From contig OZ251992.1 of the NCBI GenBank assembly GCA_965246885.1, forward strand, positions 352,001-416,000: DNA of 64,000 nucleotides, read 5' to 3'. The position numbers were made by a program, and so were the translations under genes. The stretch comes from Abditibacterium sp. Lineage in GTDB: Bacteria; Armatimonadota; Abditibacteriia; Abditibacteriales; Abditibacteriaceae. The notes beneath the pieces were generated by a model. It searched no databases and was not told the origin of the DNA. It was given only the letters and a program-made list of their open reading frames with translations. This document shows positions 26,779 to 36,072 of the stretch, piece after piece. Positions within the stretch are counted from its first letter, which is position 1. Each line of letters starts with the position of its first letter.

Positions 26779-26972
26779 AATGGGCGGCTCAACCCGGATT
26801 TTATTTCCGCGTCCACCTCTGCCAGTAACGCGTCCAACTTCCCGCTTTGCGTGTCGCGGGCGATTTGCTTGTCCCACTCGCGCGCCCGTAGCTCTTCGAG
26901 GTGCAGGGCAAGCGCGTCGCGCTCTTCTGGCGACAACGCTTCTATCAGCGATTCGATTTCTTTAACGCTCAT
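26775..26972 (-). CDS. Putative type II antitoxin (65 aa)
   Basis: MSVKEIESLIEALSPEE...WDKQIARDTQSGKLDAL; upstream of and overlapping the toxin. Confidence 0.78.
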   Translation of the reverse strand: MSVKEIESLIEALSPEERDALALHLEELRAREWDKQIARDTQSGKLDALLAEVDAEIKSGLSRPL

Positions 26973-27055
26973 ACCCGTCAGTGTGCCACGCCGATAAATG
27001 CGGAGATACGTCGCTGGAGGGGAACGAAGCGGCGGCGGCGGGTTCTGAATGGGGC

Positions 27056-28933
27056 ATGACTTCCGGTTGGCGCGTGTTGGGACTCTTGTTGCTCCTCTGC
27101 TTTGCGGGGGGGCCGCGCGGCGCGTTCGCTCAGTCGCCGGTGACGTGGAGCGCGAGCGCACGAACGAAAGATGCGCGTGCCGGGGAAGTGGCGGTGGTGG
27201 CCTTGCGCGCCCAGATGCAAGCGGGCTGGCACATTTACGCGCCGACGACTCCGGCGGGGGGGCCAATCGTCACCACCATCGAAGTTGCGCCGGGCGCGAA
27301 GTTAGCACGCGCGGGCAAGACCACGCAGCCCTTGCCACTGCGCAAGTTCGACAAAGGCTTTGGCATCGAGGTCGAGACGTTCGAGAAGGACGTGACTTTC
27401 GGGGTGCCGCTTAAGCTGGCAAGCGACGCGAAGGGGAGCGTCAAAGCGGCGCTCCGGGTGCGTTTTCAAGCGTGCAACGCGCGGGTATGCTTGCCGCCCA
27501 AGACGGTGACGGTGCCGTTTACAGTTCAGGTGGCGCCGGGCCAAGCGCGCCCGGAGCGCCAGAAAGTCGCGCTCCCGCCCGTCTTTCCCCCGACTGCGGC
27601 GGCCAAGCCCGTCGCTATCAACAAGGGCGGCGGCAGTCCGCTCGCGTTTCTGCTGACGGCGTTTAGCGCGGGGTTTTTGGCGCTTTTGACGCCGTGCGTG
27701 TTTCCGATGATTCCCATCACGGTCTCGCTCTTCACGCCCAAGAACGGCGAGAAGCGCTCTCTGGCGGGGCCGCTTGTTTATTGCTTGGGCATCATCAGCA
27801 CGTTCACGCTTGTGGGCGTGCTCGTGTCCCTCTTGTTTGGGGCGGCGGGGCTGACGTTGTTCGCGGCGAACCCGTTTGTCAACCTTGCGCTCGCGGCGCT
27901 CTTCATTACGCTCGCACTGAATCTGTTCGGGGCATTCGAGATTTTCGTGCCCGCATCGGTGTTGAACCGCGTGTCGCCGCGCGGCAAAGAAGGGCTGCTC
28001 GCGCCTTTTCTGATGGGGCTGGCGTTCACGCTCACGTCGTTCACCTGCACCGTCCCGTTTGTGGGCAACACCCTTGTTTCCGCCGCGACGCAGGGCGTGT
28101 GGCTTCCGGCGTTAGGGATGCTCGCGTTTTCGACGGCTTTCGCCCTGCCGTTCTTCGGTCTCGCACTGTTTCCGGGCGCCCTCGCCAAGTTGCCGCGTTC
28201 GGGCGAGTGGCTGGTGTCGGTCAAAGCGTTCATGGGCTTCTTGGAGTTGGCGGCAGCGCTCAAGTTCTTGCAAGTCGCCGATCAAACGCTGGGCTTGGGG
28301 TTGATTACGCGTCCGGTGTTTCTGGCGATTTGGTTTGCGCTCGCGCTTGTGGCGGGGCTGTATTTGTTGCGCGTCTTGCGCTTGGCGAAGGATTCGCCGG
28401 AGCAGAAAATCGGCCCCTTGCGGCGCGTCTTGGGAGCCGCGACACTTTGTGTCGCGGCATGGATTCTGTCCGCTTTTAATGGCGGCTCGCTCCACGACCT
28501 GAACGCGTATCTGCCGCCGCGCGATTATGGGATGCGCACGGAGGCCAAGTCGCAGTGGGTCAAGAACGACTTGGACGGTGCCCTCGCGCTGGCAAAAGCG
28601 CAGAACAAGCCGCTTCTCATCAACTTCACCGGCAACGCTTGCACGAACTGCCGCTTGATGGAAAGCGACGTGCTGCCCACACCGGAGGTAACGCGCGAGT
28701 TGGGCGCGTTCGTGGCGGTGGAACTGATTACCGACGGGAGCGACCCGAAGTCGCGCGCGTTTTCGGAGTATCAGCAGCAGCATTTCGGCACCATTGCCAT
28801 TCCACTATACGCGGTGCTGGCGCCCGATGGACAGATACGCGGGCAATTGGCGGGCTTGGAGCGCGACCCCGACAAGTTCGCGGCCTTTCTGCGGGAAGCG
28901 CGCCCCGCGACGAGGGTGGCACAAGCGAATTAA
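27056..28933 (+). CDS. dsbD: Protein-disulfide reductase DsbD-like (N-domain, TM domain, thioredoxin domain)
   Basis: GWHIY, QACNARVCLPP, LTPCVFPMIP, SFTCT, ACTNC. Confidence 0.88.
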   Translation: MTSGWRVLGLLLLLCFAGGPRGAFAQSPVTWSASARTKDARAGEVAVVALRAQMQAGWHIYAPTTPAGGPIVTTIEVAPGAKLARAGKTTQPLPLRKFDKGFGIEVETFEKDVTFGVPLKLASDAKGSVKAALRVRFQACNARVCLPPKTVTVPFTVQVAPGQARPERQKVALPPVFPPTAAAKPVAINKGGGSPLAFLLTAFSAGFLALLTPCVFPMIPITVSLFTPKNGEKRSLAGPLVYCLGIISTFTLVGVLVSLLFGAAGLTLFAANPFVNLALAALFITLALNLFGAFEIFVPASVLNRVSPRGKEGLLAPFLMGLAFTLTSFTCTVPFVGNTLVSAATQGVWLPALGMLAFSTAFALPFFGLALFPGALAKLPRSGEWLVSVKAFMGFLELAAALKFLQVADQTLGLGLITRPVFLAIWFALALVAGLYLLRVLRLAKDSPEQKIGPLRRVLGAATLCVAAWILSAFNGGSLHDLNAYLPPRDYGMRTEAKSQWVKNDLDGALALAKAQNKPLLINFTGNACTNCRLMESDVLPTPEVTRELGAFVAVELITDGSDPKSRAFSEYQQQHFGTIAIPLYAVLAPDGQIRGQLAGLERDPDKFAAFLREARPATRVAQAN

Positions 28934-29028
28934 GCGCGGCGAGTGATTTGCTAAAGCATCCTCCAATTGCATCGGGGTCAGGCGCCGTTTGGCTTGGCCT
29001 TAGTTTAGTTTGCAAGGCGGAACCCTTT

Positions 29029-29739
29029 ATGCTCAATCCCAAGGAAGACGCGGCGCTCGACATGGGCGCAGAAGGCGTCAAATCTCCGGCGCGGCGCCAA
29101 TTTTTTGCCCTCGCCACTGCCGTTGGCGGCGTCGCCCTCGCAGGCGCCATTTATAAACCGGCGCAGGCCGACATCGTTGCCACCCTCGGCAAGATATTCT
29201 ACCTCGACCCAACCGTCCTCAACTTCGCGTTCGCCATTGAGGAACTCCAAACCGACTTCTTCTCCCGCGTGTCCCGCGCTTACGGCTACTCGCAGTTGTC
29301 CGGCGAAGAGCGCGCGGCGTTCTCGCTTATGGGCAGTCAAGATATGGCGCACAAGGACATCTTGTATGCCCTCCGCGACGCCATCGGCGCCAAGGATGCT
29401 GGCTCGTTCGAGACGCTCAACGCGAGCGAGTCGCGCCGTCCGCGCATCTTTACCTATCCGCAGTTGAATTCGCGCGAGCAACTACTGGCCGCCGCGCTCG
29501 ACATCAAGGAGAACACGCTGTTCACGTATCACGGCGCCGTCGGTCTGCTCGGCAACAAGAAGCTGCTTTCGACAGCGGTCGCCATCGCGGGCATCGAAGG
29601 GCGTCACGTCGCCATTCTCTCGCAGTTCGTGGGCCAATCGCCCGTGCCCGCACCGTTCGAGGGCGCCATCAATGCCACCGTCGCGGGCAACCGCTTCGCC
29701 AAGTATGGCCTGAAAGGAGGCTCTCCCCAACAGTCATGA
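29029..29739 (+). CDS. Ferritin-like domain protein with Tat-type signal
   Basis: RRQFF twin-arginine motif; LNFAFAIEEL, IEGRH. Confidence 0.8.
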   Translation: MLNPKEDAALDMGAEGVKSPARRQFFALATAVGGVALAGAIYKPAQADIVATLGKIFYLDPTVLNFAFAIEELQTDFFSRVSRAYGYSQLSGEERAAFSLMGSQDMAHKDILYALRDAIGAKDAGSFETLNASESRRPRIFTYPQLNSREQLLAAALDIKENTLFTYHGAVGLLGNKKLLSTAVAIAGIEGRHVAILSQFVGQSPVPAPFEGAINATVAGNRFAKYGLKGGSPQQS

Positions 29740-30602
29740 AACCCGAAATCATTACCCCGAACCGCGACATCGTTACGCCCGGAAATGTCCCTGCGCAGCC
29801 CGTTGCCGCACCGAGCGATTGGTCGCGCCATGCGGCACTACTCGTTGGCGTCGCAGGTCTGGCCGGAATCGCTTCCGCGCAGGACGCTACGCCCGCAACA
29901 CCAACGACTGGCACTCCCGCCACGCCAACTACCGGCGCCGATACGACAATGCCGATGTCTAACGGTGGCATTATGCACGGCGGTATAATGCCCGTAGTGC
30001 CCGCGCCCACCGACAGCCAAGCCGTTGAGGGCAACTCCGCCGTGCCCAGCACGTCGAAGAACCCGAACAACCCCGCGCTCACCATTCCCAAGAGCGGCAA
30101 GAGCGCCAAGAAGAGCGACATAGACATCCTCAACTTCGCGCTGGGCTTGGAGTATCTCGAAGCCGAGTTCTACGCCCGCGTCGTCGCCGCCCAAGGACGC
30201 CGCGCGTATCTCAATCCGCGCGTGTTTGAGGCCGCGCAGCGTTTGGCGGCGGATGAAGCCGCGCACGTCACGGCCATCACCGACATCTTGACCCGCGCGG
30301 GCGCTACCCCCGTCACCAAACCGACGTTCAAGTTCCCCGACGCCGCCTTTTACTCTCCCGTCGCGTTTCTCGACATCGCAACCAGCATGGAAGAAACGGG
30401 TGTCGGCGCTTACTCCGACGCCGCGCCGAAAGTCGTCTCGAAAGACGTCTTGCGCTTCGCCGCGTCGGTGTATGGCATCGAGTGCCGCCATACCGCGCTG
30501 ATCCGCCACCTCGCAGGCCGCTCCTTCGCCCCCACCGACACGGAAATCCCGCTTTCGATGGAAGAAGTTCAGCGCCGCGTGGCGCCCTTCATCGCAGCGT
30601 AA
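29736..30602 (+). CDS. Ferritin-like domain protein
   Basis: DILNFALGLEYLEAEFY, DEAAH, EETGVGAY, IECRH; ATGA overlap with previous gene. Confidence 0.88.
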   Translation: MKPEIITPNRDIVTPGNVPAQPVAAPSDWSRHAALLVGVAGLAGIASAQDATPATPTTGTPATPTTGADTTMPMSNGGIMHGGIMPVVPAPTDSQAVEGNSAVPSTSKNPNNPALTIPKSGKSAKKSDIDILNFALGLEYLEAEFYARVVAAQGRRAYLNPRVFEAAQRLAADEAAHVTAITDILTRAGATPVTKPTFKFPDAAFYSPVAFLDIATSMEETGVGAYSDAAPKVVSKDVLRFAASVYGIECRHTALIRHLAGRSFAPTDTEIPLSMEEVQRRVAPFIAA

Positions 30603-30620
30603 AGCCAAAGCAAAAGGAAC

Positions 30621-30648
30621 CAAGGCCGCGACACATGTCGCGGCCTTG
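30621..30648 (+). terminator. Terminator-like hairpin
   Basis: CAAGGCCGCGAC-acat-GTCGCGGCCTTG after the ferritin-like pair. Confidence 0.65.
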
Positions 30649-30675
30649 ATTGCCTTTAGGGACTAATTCAGTCGC

Positions 30676-30702
30676 AAGGGCAACCCCTGTGGTTGCCCTT
30701 AC
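30676..30702. repeat. REP-like palindrome (AGGGCAACC family)
   Basis: AAGGGCAACC-cctgt-GGTTGCCCTT-AC; overlaps the stop codon of the adjacent gene. Confidence 0.65.
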
Positions 30703-31181
30703 ATGCCAGAAGCGAGCGTCCGGATATGCCCCGCCAACTCCTCCACGCTCCCGACTATCTCCACTTCGGGGCGCGCCAGTTCCAGTTGGATGAACAAGTC
30801 AGCGCGTCGCATGTACTCGGGGTGCGCGCCGACGAGGATGGGTTTGGGGTTGCCGCTCGCGTCGCGCCAGTTCGCCCACGCGCCGAGTTCGTAGAGGGTG
30901 ATGGGGCAAAGCGTTTCCCTCACGAACCAGAACGAGACGGCGCGGGCGGACTTTAAATGATGGTGTTCCCAAGCAATTTGCTCGCGGAGCGCGTTCGGGT
31001 CGTGGGCGGGGTAGTCGTTGCGGCGCGGGTTGAGGAGGGTGAGATCGGTGTCGGCCAAGCGCTCGACGAGGTCGCTTTGCCAGTCGGGAACGACGGCGCC
31101 CACCCCAATGCCACCCGCCAGAAAGACGCTCTTTCCCAGCAGTTCGGGCGGGACGGTGGCGGGCGCGCGGAAGAGGTGCAT
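30699..31181 (-). CDS. Nucleoside 2-deoxyribosyltransferase-like protein
   Basis: SVFLAGGI, WQ, LNPRR, QIAWE, CPITLYELG. Confidence 0.85.
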   Translation of the reverse strand: MHLFRAPATVPPELLGKSVFLAGGIGVGAVVPDWQSDLVERLADTDLTLLNPRRNDYPAHDPNALREQIAWEHHHLKSARAVSFWFVRETLCPITLYELGAWANWRDASGNPKPILVGAHPEYMRRADLFIQLELARPEVEIVGSVEELAGHIRTLASGM

Positions 31182-31184
31182 CGG

Positions 31185-31910
31185 TTAGGGGCGCGGGTTA
31201 AGCTGCGAGGCGGCGGCCTCGTCGAGGAACCAGACGAGTTCGCCGTCGGTGGGCGCGACGCCGGTCGCGGGCAGAGTGTGCACGTCGCGCGGGCCGTTGA
31301 TGATCTGCTGGATGCGCGCGGCTTTGGCGCCTTCGGTGACGAGGAAGTAGACCTTGCGCGAGGCGTTGATTTCGGGAAAAGTGAAGGTAACGCGGCGCAC
31401 GAACGGCTCCAACGTCGAAACGGGCGTCGCCGTCACACGCTTGGCGACTTCGTCGAGTTGAGGCGAATGCGGGAACAGCGAGGCGGTGTGCCCATCGGGG
31501 CCAAGGCCGAGCAGGTTAACATCCACGCGCGGCCCGAACTGGCGGATGCGGCGCTCATAGTTCGCGGCGGCGAGGTCGGGGTCGCTCTCCTCGCCTTCGA
31601 TGCGCACGAGGCACTGTGAGATTTCGTAACCGAGCGTTTGCTGCGCCATGAGGAAGTTCGAGTTCGGGTCGTCGGGCGCGACGGCGCGGTCGTCGCCAAA
31701 GAGGAGGACGATGTTTTCCCATGCAAAGCGCCCAAACCAGTCGTCGGAGCCAAGCCGTTGATACAGCGCCTTGGGCGTGGAGCCGCCGGACAGCGCGAAG
31801 ATGAACACGCCGCGCGCGGCGATGGCTTCGCGTGCGTCATCCGCGAGGGCGGCTGCGAGGTCTTCGACTAACTGCGCCGCGTCGGGGGCGATGTGGATGT
31901 GAGTGGACAT
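31185..31910 (-). CDS. pgl: 6-phosphogluconolactonase
   Basis: ALSGGSTP, GDDRAV, SNF, LLGLGPDGHTASLFP. Confidence 0.95.
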   Translation of the reverse strand: MSTHIHIAPDAAQLVEDLAAALADDAREAIAARGVFIFALSGGSTPKALYQRLGSDDWFGRFAWENIVLLFGDDRAVAPDDPNSNFLMAQQTLGYEISQCLVRIEGEESDPDLAAANYERRIRQFGPRVDVNLLGLGPDGHTASLFPHSPQLDEVAKRVTATPVSTLEPFVRRVTFTFPEINASRKVYFLVTEGAKAARIQQIINGPRDVHTLPATGVAPTDGELVWFLDEAAASQLNPRP

Positions 31911-31919
31911 GATGTTGGC

Positions 31920-33437
31920 TTAGTTGACCGGTTTGTGCCAGCGCCTGCCGTCTCGGTTGATGAACTCGTCGGCTTCGGTTGGCCCCCAACTTTGCGGGGC
32001 GTACTCGAAGGGCGGGGGCGCGGCGCCATCTTTCCATGCGTTGAGGATGGGGTCAACGATGCCCCACGCAGTTTCGCTTTCGTCGCGGCGGGTGAAGAGC
32101 GTCGAGTCGCCGATAAGCGCGTCGTGGAGCAGGCGCTCGTAGGCTTCAGGCGGCTCGGCGCCGAAGGTCTCAGCGTAGTCGAAGCTCATGCGCACGTCGC
32201 GGATTTCGTTGCTTCCCGGCACTTTGGCGTTCATGCGGAGCGCGAAGCCGTCATTGGGCTGGATGCGCATCACGAGCATGTTGGATTTGAGGCGCGCGCT
32301 GGACTCTTCGTTGTAAAGCACGTTGGGCACGTCCTTCCAGCGAATGACGACTTCCGAGACGCGCTCTTCGAGGTTCTTGCCGTGCCGCAAGTAGATGGGC
32401 ACGCCGCTCCAGCGCCAGTTGTCCACTTCGAGCTTCAAAGCGACGTAGGTTTCGACGTGCGAATCGGGAGCGACGCCTTCAGCGGTTTTGTAACCCTCGT
32501 ATTGGCCGCGCAGGGTGTTGCGCGCGACCTGTTCGGGCGTCATCGGCTTGATGGCGCGCAGCACTTTGAGCTTTTCGTCGCGCACGTCGTCGGCGCCAAG
32601 GCTGGTCGGCGGCTCCATGCACACGAGGCTCATCACTTGGAACATGTGGTTGACGACCATATCCCGCAACGCGCCAGAGGTTTCGTAGTAGCCTGCGCGC
32701 TTGCCGACATCCACCTTTTCGGCGACGACGATCTGGATGTGATCCACGAAGTGCGAGTTCCAGATTGGCTCCCACAAGAGGTTGCCAAAGCGCAGCGTGA
32801 GGATGTTCTGCACAGTCTCCTTGCCAAGGTAGTGGTCAATGCGAAAGACCTCCTCTTCGGGGAAATACTTGGCGATGAGTGCGTTGAGGTCGCGGGCCGA
32901 CTGGAGGTCGGTGCCAAAAGGCTTTTCGACGATGACGCGGCGCCAGCCTTTGGCACCAGCCTTGCGCGCGCTCTTGCGGATCTCGCCGAGGTTCTGAATG
33001 ACCGGCGCGAACTCTTCGGGCGGGATGGAGAGGTAATACAAGCGGTTATCGCCCGCACCGACTTGTTGGCCGACTTGGACGAGCCGCTCTTCCAACTTCT
33101 GGTGCGAGGCCGCGTCGCCGTAGCCTTCGCCCTGCTGATAGAAAATGCGGCCTTCCAACCACTTCCACTTGGCCTCGTCGAACGGGAGGCGCGCGAACTC
33201 CTTGATGCCCTCGCCCAAACTTTGGCGAAAAGCGGCCTCGTCTTGCGGGCGGCGCCCGAAGCCCACGATGGCGAACTCGTCGGGCAGTAGGTTCTGCGCG
33301 GCCAAGTCGTAGAGCGCGGGAAGCAACTTGCGGCGCGTCAGGTCGCCCGTCGCGCCAAAGATGGTCATCACGCACGGCGGCGAGCAGCGCGAACCGGAAC
33401 GCGGGGAAGCGGAGTTGGAAACGGTGGAGTCGGACAT
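31920..33437 (-). CDS. zwf: Glucose-6-phosphate 1-dehydrogenase
   Basis: IFGATGDL, EKPFG, RIDHYLGKE, EAYERL. Confidence 0.97.
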   Translation of the reverse strand: MSDSTVSNSASPRSGSRCSPPCVMTIFGATGDLTRRKLLPALYDLAAQNLLPDEFAIVGFGRRPQDEAAFRQSLGEGIKEFARLPFDEAKWKWLEGRIFYQQGEGYGDAASHQKLEERLVQVGQQVGAGDNRLYYLSIPPEEFAPVIQNLGEIRKSARKAGAKGWRRVIVEKPFGTDLQSARDLNALIAKYFPEEEVFRIDHYLGKETVQNILTLRFGNLLWEPIWNSHFVDHIQIVVAEKVDVGKRAGYYETSGALRDMVVNHMFQVMSLVCMEPPTSLGADDVRDEKLKVLRAIKPMTPEQVARNTLRGQYEGYKTAEGVAPDSHVETYVALKLEVDNWRWSGVPIYLRHGKNLEERVSEVVIRWKDVPNVLYNEESSARLKSNMLVMRIQPNDGFALRMNAKVPGSNEIRDVRMSFDYAETFGAEPPEAYERLLHDALIGDSTLFTRRDESETAWGIVDPILNAWKDGAAPPPFEYAPQSWGPTEADEFINRDGRRWHKPVN

Positions 33438-33548
33438 AAGAAAAGGCGCCTGAGGCGCGGCGGCGCGCGCTTTGTAGGATAGCCGCGCGTCCCCCTTCGC
33501 GTTCAAGATACGGGCCGCGCCGCCCCGGCTGGAAGACAATTACCCGCA

Positions 33549-34340
33549 CTAAACGGGCGCGGTTTCGGATGCGGCGGCGATGGCGGCCTCGACGGGCGAC
33601 AGGGCACGGCGCGCGGGGTCGAAGTTCATCGGCTCGTGCAAGCCGACAGCGGGATTGCAAATGAAGCGCACGTCACCGCCGGTCTTGACGCTGCGCGCGT
33701 GGAGCATGAACGGATGCAACAGCGCCACGTCGCCCGGCTCGCCCGTGAGTTCGACGGCGCGCGCCGTTAGATCGGGAATGGCGGCGCAGACGCGCCCCGC
33801 CAATTGGTGGACATCCAACCCTTCCGGCTCGGACGCGGCCAAAATGCGCGCCGCGACGCCGTGCGAGCCGGGGCAAACCGCCGTGCCGCCCTCGCCGCGC
33901 GCGATGTCGGAGAAGATAAATAGCGGCAACAGCCCTTGGTCGCGGCTGTTCAAGTGGTGGTGAAACTGGATGCCGTCCACGTGCCAACCTTTGTCGGGCG
34001 CCGTCCAAGGCGGCGCGGCGAAACCGGGAAACGCGACGGGCCACCAGCCGAGAGTGTTGGGCACCCAATAGCGCCCCGCGCCCAGAAGCTGGTCGAGCGC
34101 GGCGAGAACGCGGGGTTGCCACACGCGGGTAAACGGCTCGCCGCCAAAGGACTTCTGGATGTGAACCACTTCGCGCCAAGTGTCGGGCGCGGCGCGTTGC
34201 ACGCCCTCTTTTTCCAGTTCGCGCCACAGCGCGGCGCGCACGTCCTCCGCCAAAGCGCGCGGAAACGCGCCGCGAAGGAGGGTGTAGCCGTCGCGGGCGA
34301 ATTGTTCGAGTTGGTCGGCGCAAAGAATGGGTTGGGACAT
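33549..34340 (-). CDS. PhyH-like Fe/2-oxoglutarate dioxygenase
   Basis: FARDGY, GWHVDG, GGTAVCPGSH, GDVALLHPFMLHA. Confidence 0.85.
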   Translation of the reverse strand: MSQPILCADQLEQFARDGYTLLRGAFPRALAEDVRAALWRELEKEGVQRAAPDTWREVVHIQKSFGGEPFTRVWQPRVLAALDQLLGAGRYWVPNTLGWWPVAFPGFAAPPWTAPDKGWHVDGIQFHHHLNSRDQGLLPLFIFSDIARGEGGTAVCPGSHGVAARILAASEPEGLDVHQLAGRVCAAIPDLTARAVELTGEPGDVALLHPFMLHARSVKTGGDVRFICNPAVGLHEPMNFDPARRALSPVEAAIAAASETAPV

Positions 34341-34354
34341 GGCGGCTTTCAAGG

Positions 34355-35164
34355 TTAACCGACAATTTGCGGCCACGCGCCGCACAGATGGCCCTCGTGA
34401 AAGCGAATCTCGCCCGCCCTTAGCGCGCTTTCGAGGGCGGACGGCGCGAGGTTGCACAGCGTGCCCTCCCTCGTGACGACGCACTTGCCGACTTCTTCGG
34501 GCGGCAGCACTTCCACGATCTCGCGCGCCGATGCCAGCATCGCGCGCCACTTGGCGCCCAGTGCGAGCGGGTCGGGCAGAGTGCCGTCGAAGGACAGTTT
34601 GCGCAGTTCGGGAGCGGAAAAGCGCGTCGAGCGCGTCGCCTCGTCGAGCAGGAAGAGCGGCGAGTAGCCGGGGTCTTTGCCGCACGCCGCCCACGCCAGA
34701 AAGCCCAGATGCTGCAAATTATCGCTACAGGTCATGGTGTCCACCCAATCGCGTGGCTCGATGCGCCCGACGAAAGCCAGCACTTTGTTCGTCGCGCTGT
34801 CGAGGGGGTGGAGTGTCAGCCCCAAGTCGGGGTGTTCTATGAGCGGAAAGAAGCGAAACGCACTGTCGTAGGCCCACTGCATCACGAGTTCCTCGCCGCC
34901 GCGTTCGATGCGCGCTTCGATGAAGGTCGGGAAACGCCGCAACTGCTGCACGGCGTAGCCGCTCCCTTCCAACAGGGCACGGTCTTCGTCCCACGACTGG
35001 CCAACCGCCGCTTCGCTGTCGTGGAACACGTCCACGTCGTCCGACAAGCGCGTGCCGCCCAAGAGGAGGTTGAGAGCCACGCCACCCGCGACATAGCCTT
35101 TTTGCGCGGCGCGGTTTTGCGCCAGCAAACGGCAGACAGTGCGCTGAAAGGGAGTGAGGGCCAT
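34355..35164 (-). CDS. AbiEii-like nucleotidyltransferase (putative type IV TA toxin)
   Basis: YVAGGVAL, RLSDDVDVF, NKVLA, RIEPRDWVD. Confidence 0.75.
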   Translation of the reverse strand: MALTPFQRTVCRLLAQNRAAQKGYVAGGVALNLLLGGTRLSDDVDVFHDSEAAVGQSWDEDRALLEGSGYAVQQLRRFPTFIEARIERGGEELVMQWAYDSAFRFFPLIEHPDLGLTLHPLDSATNKVLAFVGRIEPRDWVDTMTCSDNLQHLGFLAWAACGKDPGYSPLFLLDEATRSTRFSAPELRKLSFDGTLPDPLALGAKWRAMLASAREIVEVLPPEEVGKCVVTREGTLCNLAPSALESALRAGEIRFHEGHLCGAWPQIVG

Positions 35165-35167
35165 CGT

Positions 35168-35362
35168 TTAGACCGCCAAGCGCCGCCGCAGGAGCATCGC
35201 GCGCACGAAAATCGCGCGGTCGCCGCGCGCAGCGATGTCCTTCAATACCCCGCGCGCTTCCTCGCTGGTCTGCGGATAGTAATCGGCGCGCATCCACCAC
35301 AGCGCGCGGGCGCGGTGCTCGTCCATGAATTGCCAAATTTCGCGTTTGAGGTCGTCGTTCAT
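35168..35362 (-). CDS. Small partner protein of the AbiEii-like gene (putative antitoxin)
   Basis: 64-aa ORF 3 nt upstream of the NTase gene; RARALWWMRADYYP motif. Confidence 0.65.
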   Translation of the reverse strand: MNDDLKREIWQFMDEHRARALWWMRADYYPQTSEEARGVLKDIAARGDRAIFVRAMLLRRRLAV

Positions 35363-35434
35363 CGCCCTTCCAGTTTGCCGCGCCCGAAGATGGGACGGAC
35401 GGACGAAAATTGGCGACACTGGCGGCTGATTCCG

Positions 35435-36070
35435 ATGCAGTCACCTTTTTCCAACACGAACGCGTTTGGCGCCCGCTCGACCGACGCCCGCTTTGGCTTC
35501 CAAAATTACATCATCAAGCGCAAGGCGCTGCAAATGTTCGGCGCCACGCTCTACCTCTACGGCCCCGACGAGCAGATGATCATGTGGGGGCAACGCCAAG
35601 CGTTCAAGCTCAAAAGCGAACTGACGCTGTTTTCCGATGACACGCAGTCGCAGGCCATCATCCGCCTCGTGCCGCGCACCATCCTCGATATGTCGGCGGC
35701 CTACGATGTCTACGACGCCATCACCGGCCAAAAGGTCGGCGTCTTTAAGCGCAAGGGTTTAACCTCCATGCTGGTGCAGGACACATGGACGATCATGGAC
35801 ACCCAAGACCGCGAAGTCGGGCAAGTGCAAGAGGATTCGGCGCTACTGGGCTTCATCCGGCGCTACGTCGAAAACGCGGCGATTCTATTCCCGCAAAAGT
35901 TCCACGCCACCCTGAACGGCGTTCCCGTCGCCGTGTATGCGCGCCATAAAAACTTTTTCACGTCGCGCATGGATATAGACTTTTCCGCCGACACGAACGC
36001 CCTCTTCGACCGCCGGTTGGGGCTGGCGATGGCAATGCTCCTCGAAGCCGTCGAGCATAAAGGCCGCTAA
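35435..36070 (+). CDS. LURP-one/scramblase-like hypothetical protein
   Basis: QAFKLK, AYDVYD, RKGLTS, QDTWTI, DRRLG motifs. Confidence 0.65.
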   Translation: MQSPFSNTNAFGARSTDARFGFQNYIIKRKALQMFGATLYLYGPDEQMIMWGQRQAFKLKSELTLFSDDTQSQAIIRLVPRTILDMSAAYDVYDAITGQKVGVFKRKGLTSMLVQDTWTIMDTQDREVGQVQEDSALLGFIRRYVENAAILFPQKFHATLNGVPVAVYARHKNFFTSRMDIDFSADTNALFDRRLGLAMAMLLEAVEHKGR

Positions 36071-36072
36071 AC

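Noticed and set aside
31893..33290. Long antisense ORFs opposite zwf, and likewise opposite the MFS gene, pepF, cpaB and the metallophosphoesterase
   Set aside because: Shadow ORFs expected from high-GC codon bias; no recognisable motifs.
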